Assembly (NCBI GenBank): GCA_963767925.1 | Contig: CAVYGB010000008.1 | Coordinates: 1,792,001 to 1,856,000 of the forward strand | Direction of reading: 5' to 3' | DNA: 64,000 nucleotides | Source: an uncultured delta proteobacterium | GTDB taxonomy: Bacteria > Myxococcota_A > Polyangia > Fen-1088 | In this document: positions 37,422 through 46,449 of the stretch, in pieces | Layout of the letters: each line of letters starts with the position of its first letter | Numbering within the stretch: position 1 is the stretch's first letter | Translations under genes and position numbers: made by a program | The notes under the pieces: generated by a model | Databases searched by the model: none | What the model was told of the DNA's origin: nothing | What the model saw: the letters and a program-made list of their open reading frames with translations, nothing else

Positions 37422-38359
37422 GCGGGCGCGGCCCGGAACCACTCGACGGTGCGTCGCAGGCCCTCGGCGAACATCACCTGCGGCCGATAGCCCAGGTGGG
37501 TGCCGGCCAGCCCGATGTCGGCCAGCGAGTGCTTGACGTCGCCCGACCGTCCCGCCTCGTAACGCGCCGTCACCTTCCGGCCGAACATCTCCGCGAGCAG
37601 GTCGAGGACGGCGTTGAGCTCGGTGGCCTCGCCACAGGCGATGTTGAAGACCCGCCCCACGGCGCCCGGTGCGCTCGCCGCGAGCAGGTTGGCCTCGACG
37701 ACGTTGTCGATGAAGCAGAAGTCACGGGACTGCTTGCCGTCGCCGAAGACGATCGGCTCGCGCTGGGCCATCGCCGCCGTGACGAAGCGGGGGATCACCG
37801 CCGCGTACTGAGACGCGGGATCCTGGCGCGGTCCGAACACGTTGAAGTAGCGGAGCACGACCGTCTCGAGCCCCATCGTTCGCGCGTACATCTGGCAATA
37901 GAGCTCGCCGGTCAGCTTGGACACAGCGTAGGGGGAGAGGGGGGAGGTCGGCATCGTCTCGACCTTGGGCAGGACGGCCGTGTCGCCGTAGGCCGAGGAC
38001 GAGCCGGCGTAGACCACCCGCCGCACCCGGTTGGCCCGGGCGGCCTCGAGCACCCGCAAGGTGCCGGTGGCGTTGGCGTCGTGGCTCGGCAAAGGGGCGG
38101 CCACGGAGCGGGGCACCGACGGGATCGCCGCCTGGTGAAAGATCACCTCGACGCCTTCGGCGGCGCGGGCCAGGGTCGGGCCGTCCAGGATGTCGCCCTC
38201 GATCCACTCGATCGACCCCGTGAGATCGGCCAGATTCTCCCGTCTCCCGGAGGAGAGGTTGTCGAGCACGCGCACCGATTGACCGCGCGCGAGCAGCGCC
38301 CGCGCCAGCGACGATCCGATGAATCCGGCTCCTCCGGTGACCAGCGTTTTGGGGCGCAT
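37415..38359 (-). CDS. NAD-dependent nucleotide-sugar epimerase/dehydratase (WbpP-like extended SDR)
   Basis: VTGGAGFIGS, HQAAIPSVPRS, SSSAYG, SPYAVSK (YxxxK), LRYFNVFGPRQDP, GDGKQSRDF. Confidence 0.95.
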   Translation of the reverse strand: MRPKTLVTGGAGFIGSSLARALLARGQSVRVLDNLSSGRRENLADLTGSIEWIEGDILDGPTLARAAEGVEVIFHQAAIPSVPRSVAAPLPSHDANATGTLRVLEAARANRVRRVVYAGSSSAYGDTAVLPKVETMPTSPLSPYAVSKLTGELYCQMYARTMGLETVVLRYFNVFGPRQDPASQYAAVIPRFVTAAMAQREPIVFGDGKQSRDFCFIDNVVEANLLAASAPGAVGRVFNIACGEATELNAVLDLLAEMFGRKVTARYEAGRSGDVKHSLADIGLAGTHLGYRPQVMFAEGLRRTVEWFRAAPAC

Positions 38360-38673
38360 ATCTGTATTTACACTTCCGTTTACGAGCCCGCAGCCTGTCG
38401 CAAGCTGGCAGCGTCACCAGCGACGCGGAGCCATCTTACCAGCCCCCTGCGTCAATGGCCAGACGCACGGCTCGAACCCATTTGGCATGGCTGTATGCCT
38501 ACTTACGCATTCAAGGCCGGCGTCTATCCCACATGTGGTTTCATCGGTGGCGGTCAGCGGCATCATCGGCGTGTTGACCATGTTGGTTTCGATTTGTTAA
38601 AAGCCACGACGACCTCCTCTCCGTGGTCTTGTGCACACCCGGGTGGAGATTCGCCTTTAACAGGGAGACCTTC

Positions 38674-41043
38674 ATGAATCGATGCGGTCGTATGGCTTTG
38701 GTTTACCGTGGTGTATTCGCCGCTTCGCTAATGGCGCTGGTGGGCTGTGGCGACGACGAGTTGTCTGACGACTTCTACGGACCAATCGACCTCGCGCCTT
38801 ATTTCTTCGATGGCTCGACGGCAGCAGCACCCGACCGCGGCCTCCCGCGCGAGATCAAGCCCGCGCGGGGCTGGTTCAACGGTCTCCGTGTCGAGTTTTA
38901 CGACTTCGGTCTCGTCGCCCACCGCCGCAAGCGAAACGCGGGCGGCACCACCCTGGCCGAGCCGGACATCGCGTTCGTCAACCCGATGTACTTCTTCTTC
39001 GATTCGCGGGGCAATCCGATGTTCTCGAAGCCGATCTTCGAGGCCCGCACCGGCGTGTTCCACATGCGCGGCGGCGAGAACGCTCTCGATCCGAACCCGG
39101 CGCCACCGCCCGCCGATGCCACCCGGCGCAAGGGGTATTACAACCTCGCCTACTCGGCCCGGGCCCGGGCCACGATCTGGGACGCCGCTCGCAACTCGGA
39201 TGACTACCAGCGCCCGATCGTCGACATCCTGAACGGCAACGCCAACTACACCGGTCTGTGGGAGATCATCGAGGTCACCGCGGCCGACGACTACAAGCCC
39301 GACGCCGTCAAGAGCAAGGCCACCCTGGACGCGGGCATCGCCTCCGGGAAGTTCACCACCGCCCGGACCCAGAAGGTCATCAACTGTCCGGTGGTCGACG
39401 ACCGCACCTTCGTGACCCCCACGCCGATGGCGGTCCGCATGAGGCCCGACCCCGCCCGTCCGGACGTGCGGCCCTTCTACGTTCCTCAGCCCCGCGTGGA
39501 GATCTGGTACCGCACCAAGCTCGGAAGCTGCTACCTGGCCAACGGCTGGGAGACGCTCGGCGAGACCCTCTCCGAGGCCAACAAGGAGCTGGACCCCCGC
39601 GACCCGAAGAACCTCTCGCTCTTCAAGGCCAAGACGGACGCCAGCCGCCGCATCGACACCTTCGACGTCATCCGCTACGCCGTGGGCGAGGGTGCGAACC
39701 AGGTGCTGAGCGTCGTGGTCCCCGCGGGCAAGATCTACATCCCCAAGGTCACCATCAGCACGCTCAACCCCTCCCAGAGCGCCTACGACCTGCGCTACTT
39801 CGGGGACGACATCACCCCCGCCATCCCCCGGCACTACGACAGCGATCCGCCCGGGTACAGCCCCATCACCTGGCTCTGGGACATCACGGTTCCGCAGGAT
39901 CCGCCCTTCGCTTCGGGCTCCTTCAAGGGCCTCGGTGACATCGACCCGGTCGCCTTGCGCGCTCGGGACAACACCGGCAACAACAGCCCGGTCTGGACCC
40001 GGAACTATCCGGTCGTCGGCGTCGCTTCGCCCTGCAAGGGCAACATGGATTGCCCCGGCTTCGACCGCCAGTGCAACATGCTGCCGGATCTCGACCTGGC
40101 CACGGCCGATCTGCCTCCGGGCAAGAACATCGCCGACCTGACCATCGAGCGCGAGGGCGGTCCCCGCTGCGACGTCCCCGCCGTCGGCTACGGCCAGTAC
40201 TGCGCCCCCGGCATCTCTCGCTGCGCGAGCCACGTGCCCGCGCAGGCCGGCGCTGGTGGCCAGAAGTCGGACTGGGATCTGCTGCAGGCCATGAAGATCG
40301 GCACGCCGGGACCGAACCTGGCGGTGCACGCTCCCGCGGCCGCCGCCAAGAAGGCCCTCGACGATGGTCGGGGCGCCCAGGAAGCGATCATCGCCGACCC
40401 GGCCGCCACCCCCGAGGCGAAGACCGCCGCCACCGACGCCCTCGCCCGCCTGCAGAGTGCCTTCGACACGGCCAAGGCCCGCGCCGACTCCTACGCGGCC
40501 AAGGGTTACACCACCGACCTGTCGGCCCAGGGTTACGCCTGCCAGCCGCCGGCCGGGACGGCCAACGTCTACGGTGGCTACTGCTACATCCGCTGCGACG
40601 GCGCGGCCGCGGCAGGCAGCATCCCGGCCAGCGACACGACGAAGAACGTCCGCATGCTGGAAGTGGCGGACTCCCGCGTGGTCAACAAGGTCAACATGGA
40701 GGCCTACACCTTCCCCTACGACACCAAGTGCGGCGGGGCTAACTTGCTGGGCTACCGCTGCCTGCCCTCGAGCGGTCGCGCCGAGAAGCAGCGGGTCTGC
40801 GTCCGGGAGTGCAACACCCGGAACACCGAGAACAAGAACGCCGCCATCTGCAACTACAAGCTCAACGACGGTCTGGAGACGGGCACGGCCGGCAAGCCGA
40901 CCGAATACCCCTTCAGCGCTGGCCAGCCAGCGACGCTGAGCTTCCCCGGTCAGAGCTGCAACAACCTTGGCGGCGTCACCGCCTGCACCTGGAACCCCGA
41001 CTTCGAGCCTCGCAGCGAGGCCTCGAACTGGCCGCCTCAGTAG
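38674..41043 (+). CDS. Large lipoprotein with a duplicated unknown domain and a Cys-rich C-terminal half
   Basis: RBS GGGAGA, lipobox LVGC. Two related units: GWFNG..FYDFG/YTGLWEI/VINCPVV and IWYRT/GYSPITWLWDI/RNYPVV. Confidence 0.85.
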   Translation: MNRCGRMALVYRGVFAASLMALVGCGDDELSDDFYGPIDLAPYFFDGSTAAAPDRGLPREIKPARGWFNGLRVEFYDFGLVAHRRKRNAGGTTLAEPDIAFVNPMYFFFDSRGNPMFSKPIFEARTGVFHMRGGENALDPNPAPPPADATRRKGYYNLAYSARARATIWDAARNSDDYQRPIVDILNGNANYTGLWEIIEVTAADDYKPDAVKSKATLDAGIASGKFTTARTQKVINCPVVDDRTFVTPTPMAVRMRPDPARPDVRPFYVPQPRVEIWYRTKLGSCYLANGWETLGETLSEANKELDPRDPKNLSLFKAKTDASRRIDTFDVIRYAVGEGANQVLSVVVPAGKIYIPKVTISTLNPSQSAYDLRYFGDDITPAIPRHYDSDPPGYSPITWLWDITVPQDPPFASGSFKGLGDIDPVALRARDNTGNNSPVWTRNYPVVGVASPCKGNMDCPGFDRQCNMLPDLDLATADLPPGKNIADLTIEREGGPRCDVPAVGYGQYCAPGISRCASHVPAQAGAGGQKSDWDLLQAMKIGTPGPNLAVHAPAAAAKKALDDGRGAQEAIIADPAATPEAKTAATDALARLQSAFDTAKARADSYAAKGYTTDLSAQGYACQPPAGTANVYGGYCYIRCDGAAAAGSIPASDTTKNVRMLEVADSRVVNKVNMEAYTFPYDTKCGGANLLGYRCLPSSGRAEKQRVCVRECNTRNTENKNAAICNYKLNDGLETGTAGKPTEYPFSAGQPATLSFPGQSCNNLGGVTACTWNPDFEPRSEASNWPPQ

Positions 41044-41109
41044 CCGCGAGACGGTAAGGCAACAAGGAACCGGACTCCTCGTTAACTCAAAAGAAGAGGC
41101 CAACGACCC

Positions 41110-43503
41110 ATGCGTAAGTTAGCTGCCGCCCTCGTTGTAGCGTTCTCAGGCATCGGCGCCGCCCAGGCGGCGCCCGAGGCCGCCAAGTGCACGGCCAAGT
41201 TCGACCCGATGAACCCCGCGTCGATGAACTGCTTCGCCGACGAGATCTTCATCCTCGACGGGTCGACGCCCTACTCGGCGACCGTCACCACCCCGATCGC
41301 CGACTGCGCCGACAAGGCCGGCATGGCCGGCGTGAAGGACTCGAAGAACTGCCTCTTCGGGGCGGATCAGTCGAAATACCTCACCATCGAGCCGGTGGAA
41401 GCGGCCGCCCTCAAGGCGATCGAGCTCATCCGGGCCAAGCAGCCCCAGTTGCCAGAGTGGGACGAGGTGGTGGTCTTCACCGCCGACTTCGGACCCACCA
41501 GCGCGACCGGCCCGCTGTTTTACCGGGCGGCGAACGCCACCATCCAGCCGATCAACCCGGTCAACGGCATCGGCCTTCCGGTCGTCGACCGTGACCCGAC
41601 CAAGCCCTACATCGGCATCGTGAGCGCGGGGAACACCAAGACCCTGCCGGCCAACCTGGCCAGCGGGGCCTTCGGCCCCTGCGGCGCCGCCCCTCGCCGA
41701 CCGATCGATGACCCCGCCCCGCAGACGGCGGCCGCGCTCTGTGCACCGACGCTCTACAGCTACTTCGATGCGCTGGCACAGGCGACCGCCAACCTGTACG
41801 GGCCCTACCTCAAGGTCGACGCCGCAAACTTCGGCTCCGACCTCTGGAGCATGCCGGCCATCAAGACCACCCTCGTCGGCCTGGCCAACGGGGTGGTCTC
41901 GGCGAAGATCATGGGTGGCCCGGCCACCAACGTGTGGAACGGCCTGGTCAACACCCGCGGCTCGATCCTCGGCGGCAACACCTTCACCGACAACGGCAAC
42001 GGCACCTTCTCGATCACCCGCCCCCCGGCGTTCCAGGGGGTCAGCGCCCCCTACGAGAGCAGCCAGGCTCTCCGCTTCCAGGCGCTCGACCTCTACGCCA
42101 TGGGCATGTTGCCCTCCACGGCGGTGCCGCCCATCCAGTCGTTCATGCACGCCGCCCCCGGCGACGTCTACCAGCCCGCCGGGATCAACGGCTTCAGCGG
42201 GGTCGTGGGTCCGGCGATGGGCACCCGCGTGAGCGGCGTCTCCATCCGCGGCAAGGCCGGCAGCGCCGGGAAGTCCGTGCCCCGGCTCATCAACTTCGGC
42301 GACGTCGTCGGCGCCAGCGGCGGTGAGCGGACCCCGGCCTACGGGACCGCCCCCCAGCAGATCCGCCAGCTCTGGGTCATGGTGGCCAAGCCGCTCGCCA
42401 TGATGGACATCGCGGCGGCCGACGGCGGCGCCAAGAAGGAAGACCAGCTCAAGGACCAGAGCACGCAGCTCAGCACCCTGCAGCGCGCTCGGCGGGCCTT
42501 CGGTCAGTACTTCTACACGCTGACCAGCTACAAGGGCCGGGTCTACACGACGGGCGATGGTGCCACCGCCGATGACAACGCCTACTGGGAGTTCGGTGGC
42601 GCGCGCGACGACGCGGCCGCCTTCAAGCCCCAGGGCGCGCTCAAGCTGGCGATCAACGGCCAGGAAGAGATCCCGAACTCGGGCGGCAAGCAGCTCAGCG
42701 TTCTGCGGGTAACCGAGACGTCGGGCACCGACGGGCGTATCAAGTTCGACCGGGCGCTGCACCCCATCCGGATCGACGGCAAGCAGGACGTCGGCTCGGC
42801 GCCGGCCAACGTGCTCTCCATCCGCATGCGGGTCCCCTCCGACGCGAACCTGCTGGCGGAGCTCAAGAAGGACTCGTCCGGGGAGAAGGGCTTCTACTCG
42901 ACCTTCATCTTCGAAGGTGGTGGCAAGTCGGTCTCCTTCGACCTGCCCAACGAGAAGGGCTTCCTGGTTCCCGATGGCAAGTTCCGGACCTACGCCGTCA
43001 ACGTCGGGGCCAACGCCGACTTCAAGGCTGGGGTGTGGGACAGCTTCACCTTCATCCCCTCGAACCGCGCCGCCAACGACATCGAGATCGAGTTCATCAA
43101 GGTGGGCTGGGTCGACGGTCCCAAGGACGCCGACAAGAACTGCGCCGACGCCGACGAGGGCGACGGCTGGATCGACAACGTCGAGGACAACTGCCCCCGC
43201 CTCTTCAACCCGGACCAGGCGGACGGCAACAACGACGGCGTGGGCGATGCCTGCGAGGACTACGACGGCGACAACAAGCTCAACGCTTGTGACAACTGCC
43301 CCACCACCACCAACACCTCGCAGCGTGACGCCAACGGCAACAAGATTGGTGACGCCTGCGACGGCTCGAGCTCCGGCGGCTGCTTCTTCCAGGAGAGCGC
43401 CGTGGCTGGAGACGTCACGCCCGGGTCGGCCCTGTTCGGGGCCAGCCTCGTCGTGTTCGGCGTGATGGTGGGCGGCGCGCTCCGCCGCCGCCGACGCCGC
43501 TAA
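41110..43503 (+). CDS. Secreted protein with thrombospondin type-3 repeats and a MYXO-CTERM-like sorting tail
   Basis: Signal MRKLAAALVVAFSGIGAAQA, TSP3 units DNCP..FNPDQADGNNDGVGDAC and DNCPTTTNTSQRDANGNKIGDAC, tail SSGGC-linker-TM-RRRRRR. Confidence 0.9.
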   Translation: MRKLAAALVVAFSGIGAAQAAPEAAKCTAKFDPMNPASMNCFADEIFILDGSTPYSATVTTPIADCADKAGMAGVKDSKNCLFGADQSKYLTIEPVEAAALKAIELIRAKQPQLPEWDEVVVFTADFGPTSATGPLFYRAANATIQPINPVNGIGLPVVDRDPTKPYIGIVSAGNTKTLPANLASGAFGPCGAAPRRPIDDPAPQTAAALCAPTLYSYFDALAQATANLYGPYLKVDAANFGSDLWSMPAIKTTLVGLANGVVSAKIMGGPATNVWNGLVNTRGSILGGNTFTDNGNGTFSITRPPAFQGVSAPYESSQALRFQALDLYAMGMLPSTAVPPIQSFMHAAPGDVYQPAGINGFSGVVGPAMGTRVSGVSIRGKAGSAGKSVPRLINFGDVVGASGGERTPAYGTAPQQIRQLWVMVAKPLAMMDIAAADGGAKKEDQLKDQSTQLSTLQRARRAFGQYFYTLTSYKGRVYTTGDGATADDNAYWEFGGARDDAAAFKPQGALKLAINGQEEIPNSGGKQLSVLRVTETSGTDGRIKFDRALHPIRIDGKQDVGSAPANVLSIRMRVPSDANLLAELKKDSSGEKGFYSTFIFEGGGKSVSFDLPNEKGFLVPDGKFRTYAVNVGANADFKAGVWDSFTFIPSNRAANDIEIEFIKVGWVDGPKDADKNCADADEGDGWIDNVEDNCPRLFNPDQADGNNDGVGDACEDYDGDNKLNACDNCPTTTNTSQRDANGNKIGDACDGSSSGGCFFQESAVAGDVTPGSALFGASLVVFGVMVGGALRRRRRR

Positions 43504-43524
43504 CCCGACGGTCCGTCGACTCCC

Positions 43525-43561
43525 AGAGGGGAGGTCCTTCGGGACCTCCCCTCTTGTTTTT
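43525..43561 (+). terminator. Rho-independent terminator
   Basis: 13-bp stem AGAGGGGAGGTCC-TTCG-GGACCTCCCCTCT followed by TGTTTTT. Confidence 0.9.
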
Positions 43562-44649
43562 CAGGGGAAAGGGAGCCCGCGCAGGCCCGCGCCGTGCGGG
43601 GCCTCCAGGGAGAACCTTCTGCCGGTGGGCGCCTGGATCTGGACGGCGGGGAGAGCACCGGGTGGGCGGAGGTCACGGGCCTCGAACCGGCAGGGGCCCG
43701 GGGAGACCAGGCGCGCGGGGGACGACACGCCCTCCCCGGTCAGGCGCAAGCTGGGGGCGCCCGCCCGGGCCGCGGGTTGTCGCAGGGGGCCGACGGGGGT
43801 GAGCGAACGCCCGTCGAAGAGGAGCGAGGAGGTCTCGCCGCTGCGGTCGACGGACAGGTGCACGGCCCGCCCTCCTGGAGCCGGCGTCAGGCGCAGCTCC
43901 TCGACGTCGCCGGGGATGGCCACCTCCGGGCCGAGGGTCATGCTCGGCAAGTCGAGCGATCGGACAGACAGCGCCCGCAACCGCGGCGACCGCCCGGGCT
44001 CGCGGACGAGCCGTCCGGCCCGCAGGTAGACCACGGTTCGCCGATCGGGGGACTGGACGAACCCGAGCACCCTGCCCTCCTCGGCGGTCACCTGGCGGTA
44101 GGTCCCGCTGGCCGGGAGCCAGGCCAGGATCTCCTGCTCGAGGCCCAGGTAGAGCACCCCGCTGGCCGGCAGGAGCACCGGCGGAGCCCGGCGAGCCAGG
44201 AAGAGGACCGCCTCGGCGAGACCGGCTCCCCAGGTGCGCCCGGCCGCTCCGAGGGCCTGCTCGAGCGGCCTCCGCTCGGGCCGCGCCTGCAGCGGCGCCA
44301 GATCGGCCGCCTCCCGGATGGCGAGGGCCCAGGGCACGAAGGCGGCCCGGGCCAGCTCCGCCGCTTCTGCTGCCGCCTCGGCAAAACGCTCTTCCTGGGC
44401 GAAGGCGCAGGCGATGTTCAACCGCGGCGCCAGGAAGCTCGGATCGGCCTCCAGCGCCGCCCGGTAGCGATCGCGGGCCTCCTGCCAGCGGCGCTCCCGA
44501 TACGCCTCGCGCCCCTTCCGGTTGAGCTCGAAGGCCGCCGCCACCGGCCGGCGAAAGGGGTGGTCCCGGGCGGCCGGGTCGGTGCAGGGACAGAGACAGG
44601 ACGCCGCCGCCCGCTGGGCGAACATCAGGAGCAGGACCTTCCCGATCAA
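43561..44649 (-). CDS. TPR-containing hypothetical protein
   Basis: LNRKGREAYRERRWQEARDRYRAALEADP..RLNIACAFA TPR. TTG start overlaps the upstream stop (TTGA); ATG 44625 is an alternative. Confidence 0.75.
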   Translation of the reverse strand: MIGKVLLLMFAQRAAASCLCPCTDPAARDHPFRRPVAAAFELNRKGREAYRERRWQEARDRYRAALEADPSFLAPRLNIACAFAQEERFAEAAAEAAELARAAFVPWALAIREAADLAPLQARPERRPLEQALGAAGRTWGAGLAEAVLFLARRAPPVLLPASGVLYLGLEQEILAWLPASGTYRQVTAEEGRVLGFVQSPDRRTVVYLRAGRLVREPGRSPRLRALSVRSLDLPSMTLGPEVAIPGDVEELRLTPAPGGRAVHLSVDRSGETSSLLFDGRSLTPVGPLRQPAARAGAPSLRLTGEGVSSPARLVSPGPCRFEARDLRPPGALPAVQIQAPTGRRFSLEAPHGAGLRGLPFP

Positions 44650-46328
44650 GGCCGGGGCTCCAGCGAGAGCCCCAGCAGGTCGAGGCGCCCGCTCTCGCTG
44701 CACAGGCCCCGCACCCGCCGGCTGACGAGGAGGGCGTCGTCGTGGCGGTAAAGGAAGACAGCCGGCAGCTCGTCGGCGATCACCCGCGCCAGACGGGAGG
44801 CCAGCGCCTCCCGGGCCTCCCGCAGCTCGACGATCCGCAGCTCGTCCAGCAGGCCCTGGACCTGGGGCGAGCGAGACCCCCCCGGGTTGAAGCGCCCGGA
44901 CTCGCCGAGGAGCGGGCCGAGATCCTCCCCGGCCCGCCCGCGCCAGGTGAGCGGCACCAGATCGAAGGCCCGCTCGCGCAGGCGCTGCAACAGCACGCCC
45001 GGCTCGACCGCGGCGGATTCCAGACGGATGCCGGCCCGCTGCAGGTGGGTGGTGAACCGCCGCAGCTCCACCTCGAGGGCCAGGCCCGCGGCGGGAGCGT
45101 GGATCAAGGTCAGGCGCAGCGGGACCCCGGCGCGCTCGCGCACCCCATCGCCGTTCCGGTCCAGCCAGCCGGCCTCGGCCAGGGTCCGCTCGGCGCGCCT
45201 GGGATCGAAGGTGTCCGGGGGCACGGCGCCGAGAGGCGCGGCGATCGGCTCGGCCAGCCCCTCGTGGATCTCCTCGGCGAGCGCGGCGCGGTTCCAGAGC
45301 AGCGACAGGGCCGTGCGGACGGCGCCGTCGGCCAGCGCCGGGTGGCGGTGGTTGAGGGCCAGGAACGAATACCGCTCGCCCCGCAGGCGGCGCAGGTCCA
45401 CGCCAGGGGCCAGCGCGGCCCGGCGAACCTGCTCGGGATAGTGGGCCAGCGGGACCTGGGGCCAGAGATCCACCTCTCCGCCGCGGGCCCGGATCAGCGC
45501 CCGCCAGGCGTCCGGCTCGACCTCGAACCGCACCTCCTCCGGCCCGCCGGCCCCCCGCCAGGAGGACGCGCTGCGCGTGAGCCGGATCTGGCGCTTGCGG
45601 TCCCAGCCGGCAAACTGCATCGGCCCGGTGCCGACCGGCCGGTCCCGCGAGGCGCCCCCCGGGTTCCGGGGGTGGCGGGCGAAGGCCGCCGGCACGATCG
45701 GCACGTCGCAGAGGGCCGCCAGGACCTGGCGGTTGGGTCGCGTGAGCTGCAGCCGCACGGCGCCCGCGCTGGGCTGGACCGCCCGCACGTCGGCCAGCGC
45801 GGCGGCCGCCGCCAGGAGGCGACTCCGGCCGCCCAGGAAGGCCTCCACGCTCGTCTGGACGTCCGCCACGGTGAGCGGCTTGCCGTCGTGCCAGCGCACG
45901 CCAGGACGAAGCTGGAGCGCCAGGGAGGCGCCGTCGGCGGCCCACTCCCACCGCTCGGCCAGCGCGGCCCGCACCTCGCCCCCCCGGCACTCGACCAGCG
46001 GCTCGTAGACGAGGCCGCTCACCACGTCGAGGGTCGATCGGGGCGGATCGTCGAGGGGATCGAGGTGTGGCGGCTCGTGATCGAGCAGCACCGACAGCGT
46101 GCCACCGCGGGCCGGCGGCGCCTGCTCCCCAGCTCGACACGACGGCACCAGCGCGCCGTCCCCTGCCCCCTTGGCGACAGCGCGCTGCCCGGACGAGGCG
46201 TCCCCGGGCCCCCCTCCCGCCGCAGCTCGCGGAAGCCCGCGCGAGCCCCGGCAGGCCCAACCGAAGAGGACGGCGGCGGCGACGGGGGCGCAGGCCGCGC
46301 ACACGACCTTACGTAGCGACGCCCTCAT
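44646..46328 (-). CDS. ABC transporter substrate-binding protein, family 5 (peptide/nickel type)
   Basis: EPPHLDP, VYEPLV, LAERWE, LRPGVRWHDGKPLTVADV, PVGTGP, WLDRNGDGVRE. Confidence 0.9.
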   Translation of the reverse strand: MRASLRKVVCAACAPVAAAVLFGWACRGSRGLPRAAAGGGPGDASSGQRAVAKGAGDGALVPSCRAGEQAPPARGGTLSVLLDHEPPHLDPLDDPPRSTLDVVSGLVYEPLVECRGGEVRAALAERWEWAADGASLALQLRPGVRWHDGKPLTVADVQTSVEAFLGGRSRLLAAAAALADVRAVQPSAGAVRLQLTRPNRQVLAALCDVPIVPAAFARHPRNPGGASRDRPVGTGPMQFAGWDRKRQIRLTRSASSWRGAGGPEEVRFEVEPDAWRALIRARGGEVDLWPQVPLAHYPEQVRRAALAPGVDLRRLRGERYSFLALNHRHPALADGAVRTALSLLWNRAALAEEIHEGLAEPIAAPLGAVPPDTFDPRRAERTLAEAGWLDRNGDGVRERAGVPLRLTLIHAPAAGLALEVELRRFTTHLQRAGIRLESAAVEPGVLLQRLRERAFDLVPLTWRGRAGEDLGPLLGESGRFNPGGSRSPQVQGLLDELRIVELREAREALASRLARVIADELPAVFLYRHDDALLVSRRVRGLCSESGRLDLLGLSLEPRP

Positions 46329-46449
46329 GGATGCCGCCGCCGACCTTGCGGGGCCAAAACCCCTGTGTTAATCAGGACTAGCACAGCGGCCGCGCGCACC
46401 CCGCGAGGGTTTTGCCAGCAGTTGGGCCCTTGGCAAGGAGAGAACATCC

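Noticed and set aside
38482..38499. TTGGCATGGCTGTATGC as a sigma54 promoter for the surface operon
   Set aside because: GG-to-GC spacing is 11 nt rather than the strict 10 nt.
38728..41103. 791-aa - strand ORF opposite the large lipoprotein
   Set aside because: Mirror of the biased codon usage of the + strand gene, which has the RBS and lipobox.
38674..43503. Calling the surface pair traA/traB
   Set aside because: No OmpA domain or beta-barrel, and the TSP3 repeats and sorting tail are on the same protein. The architecture does not match.
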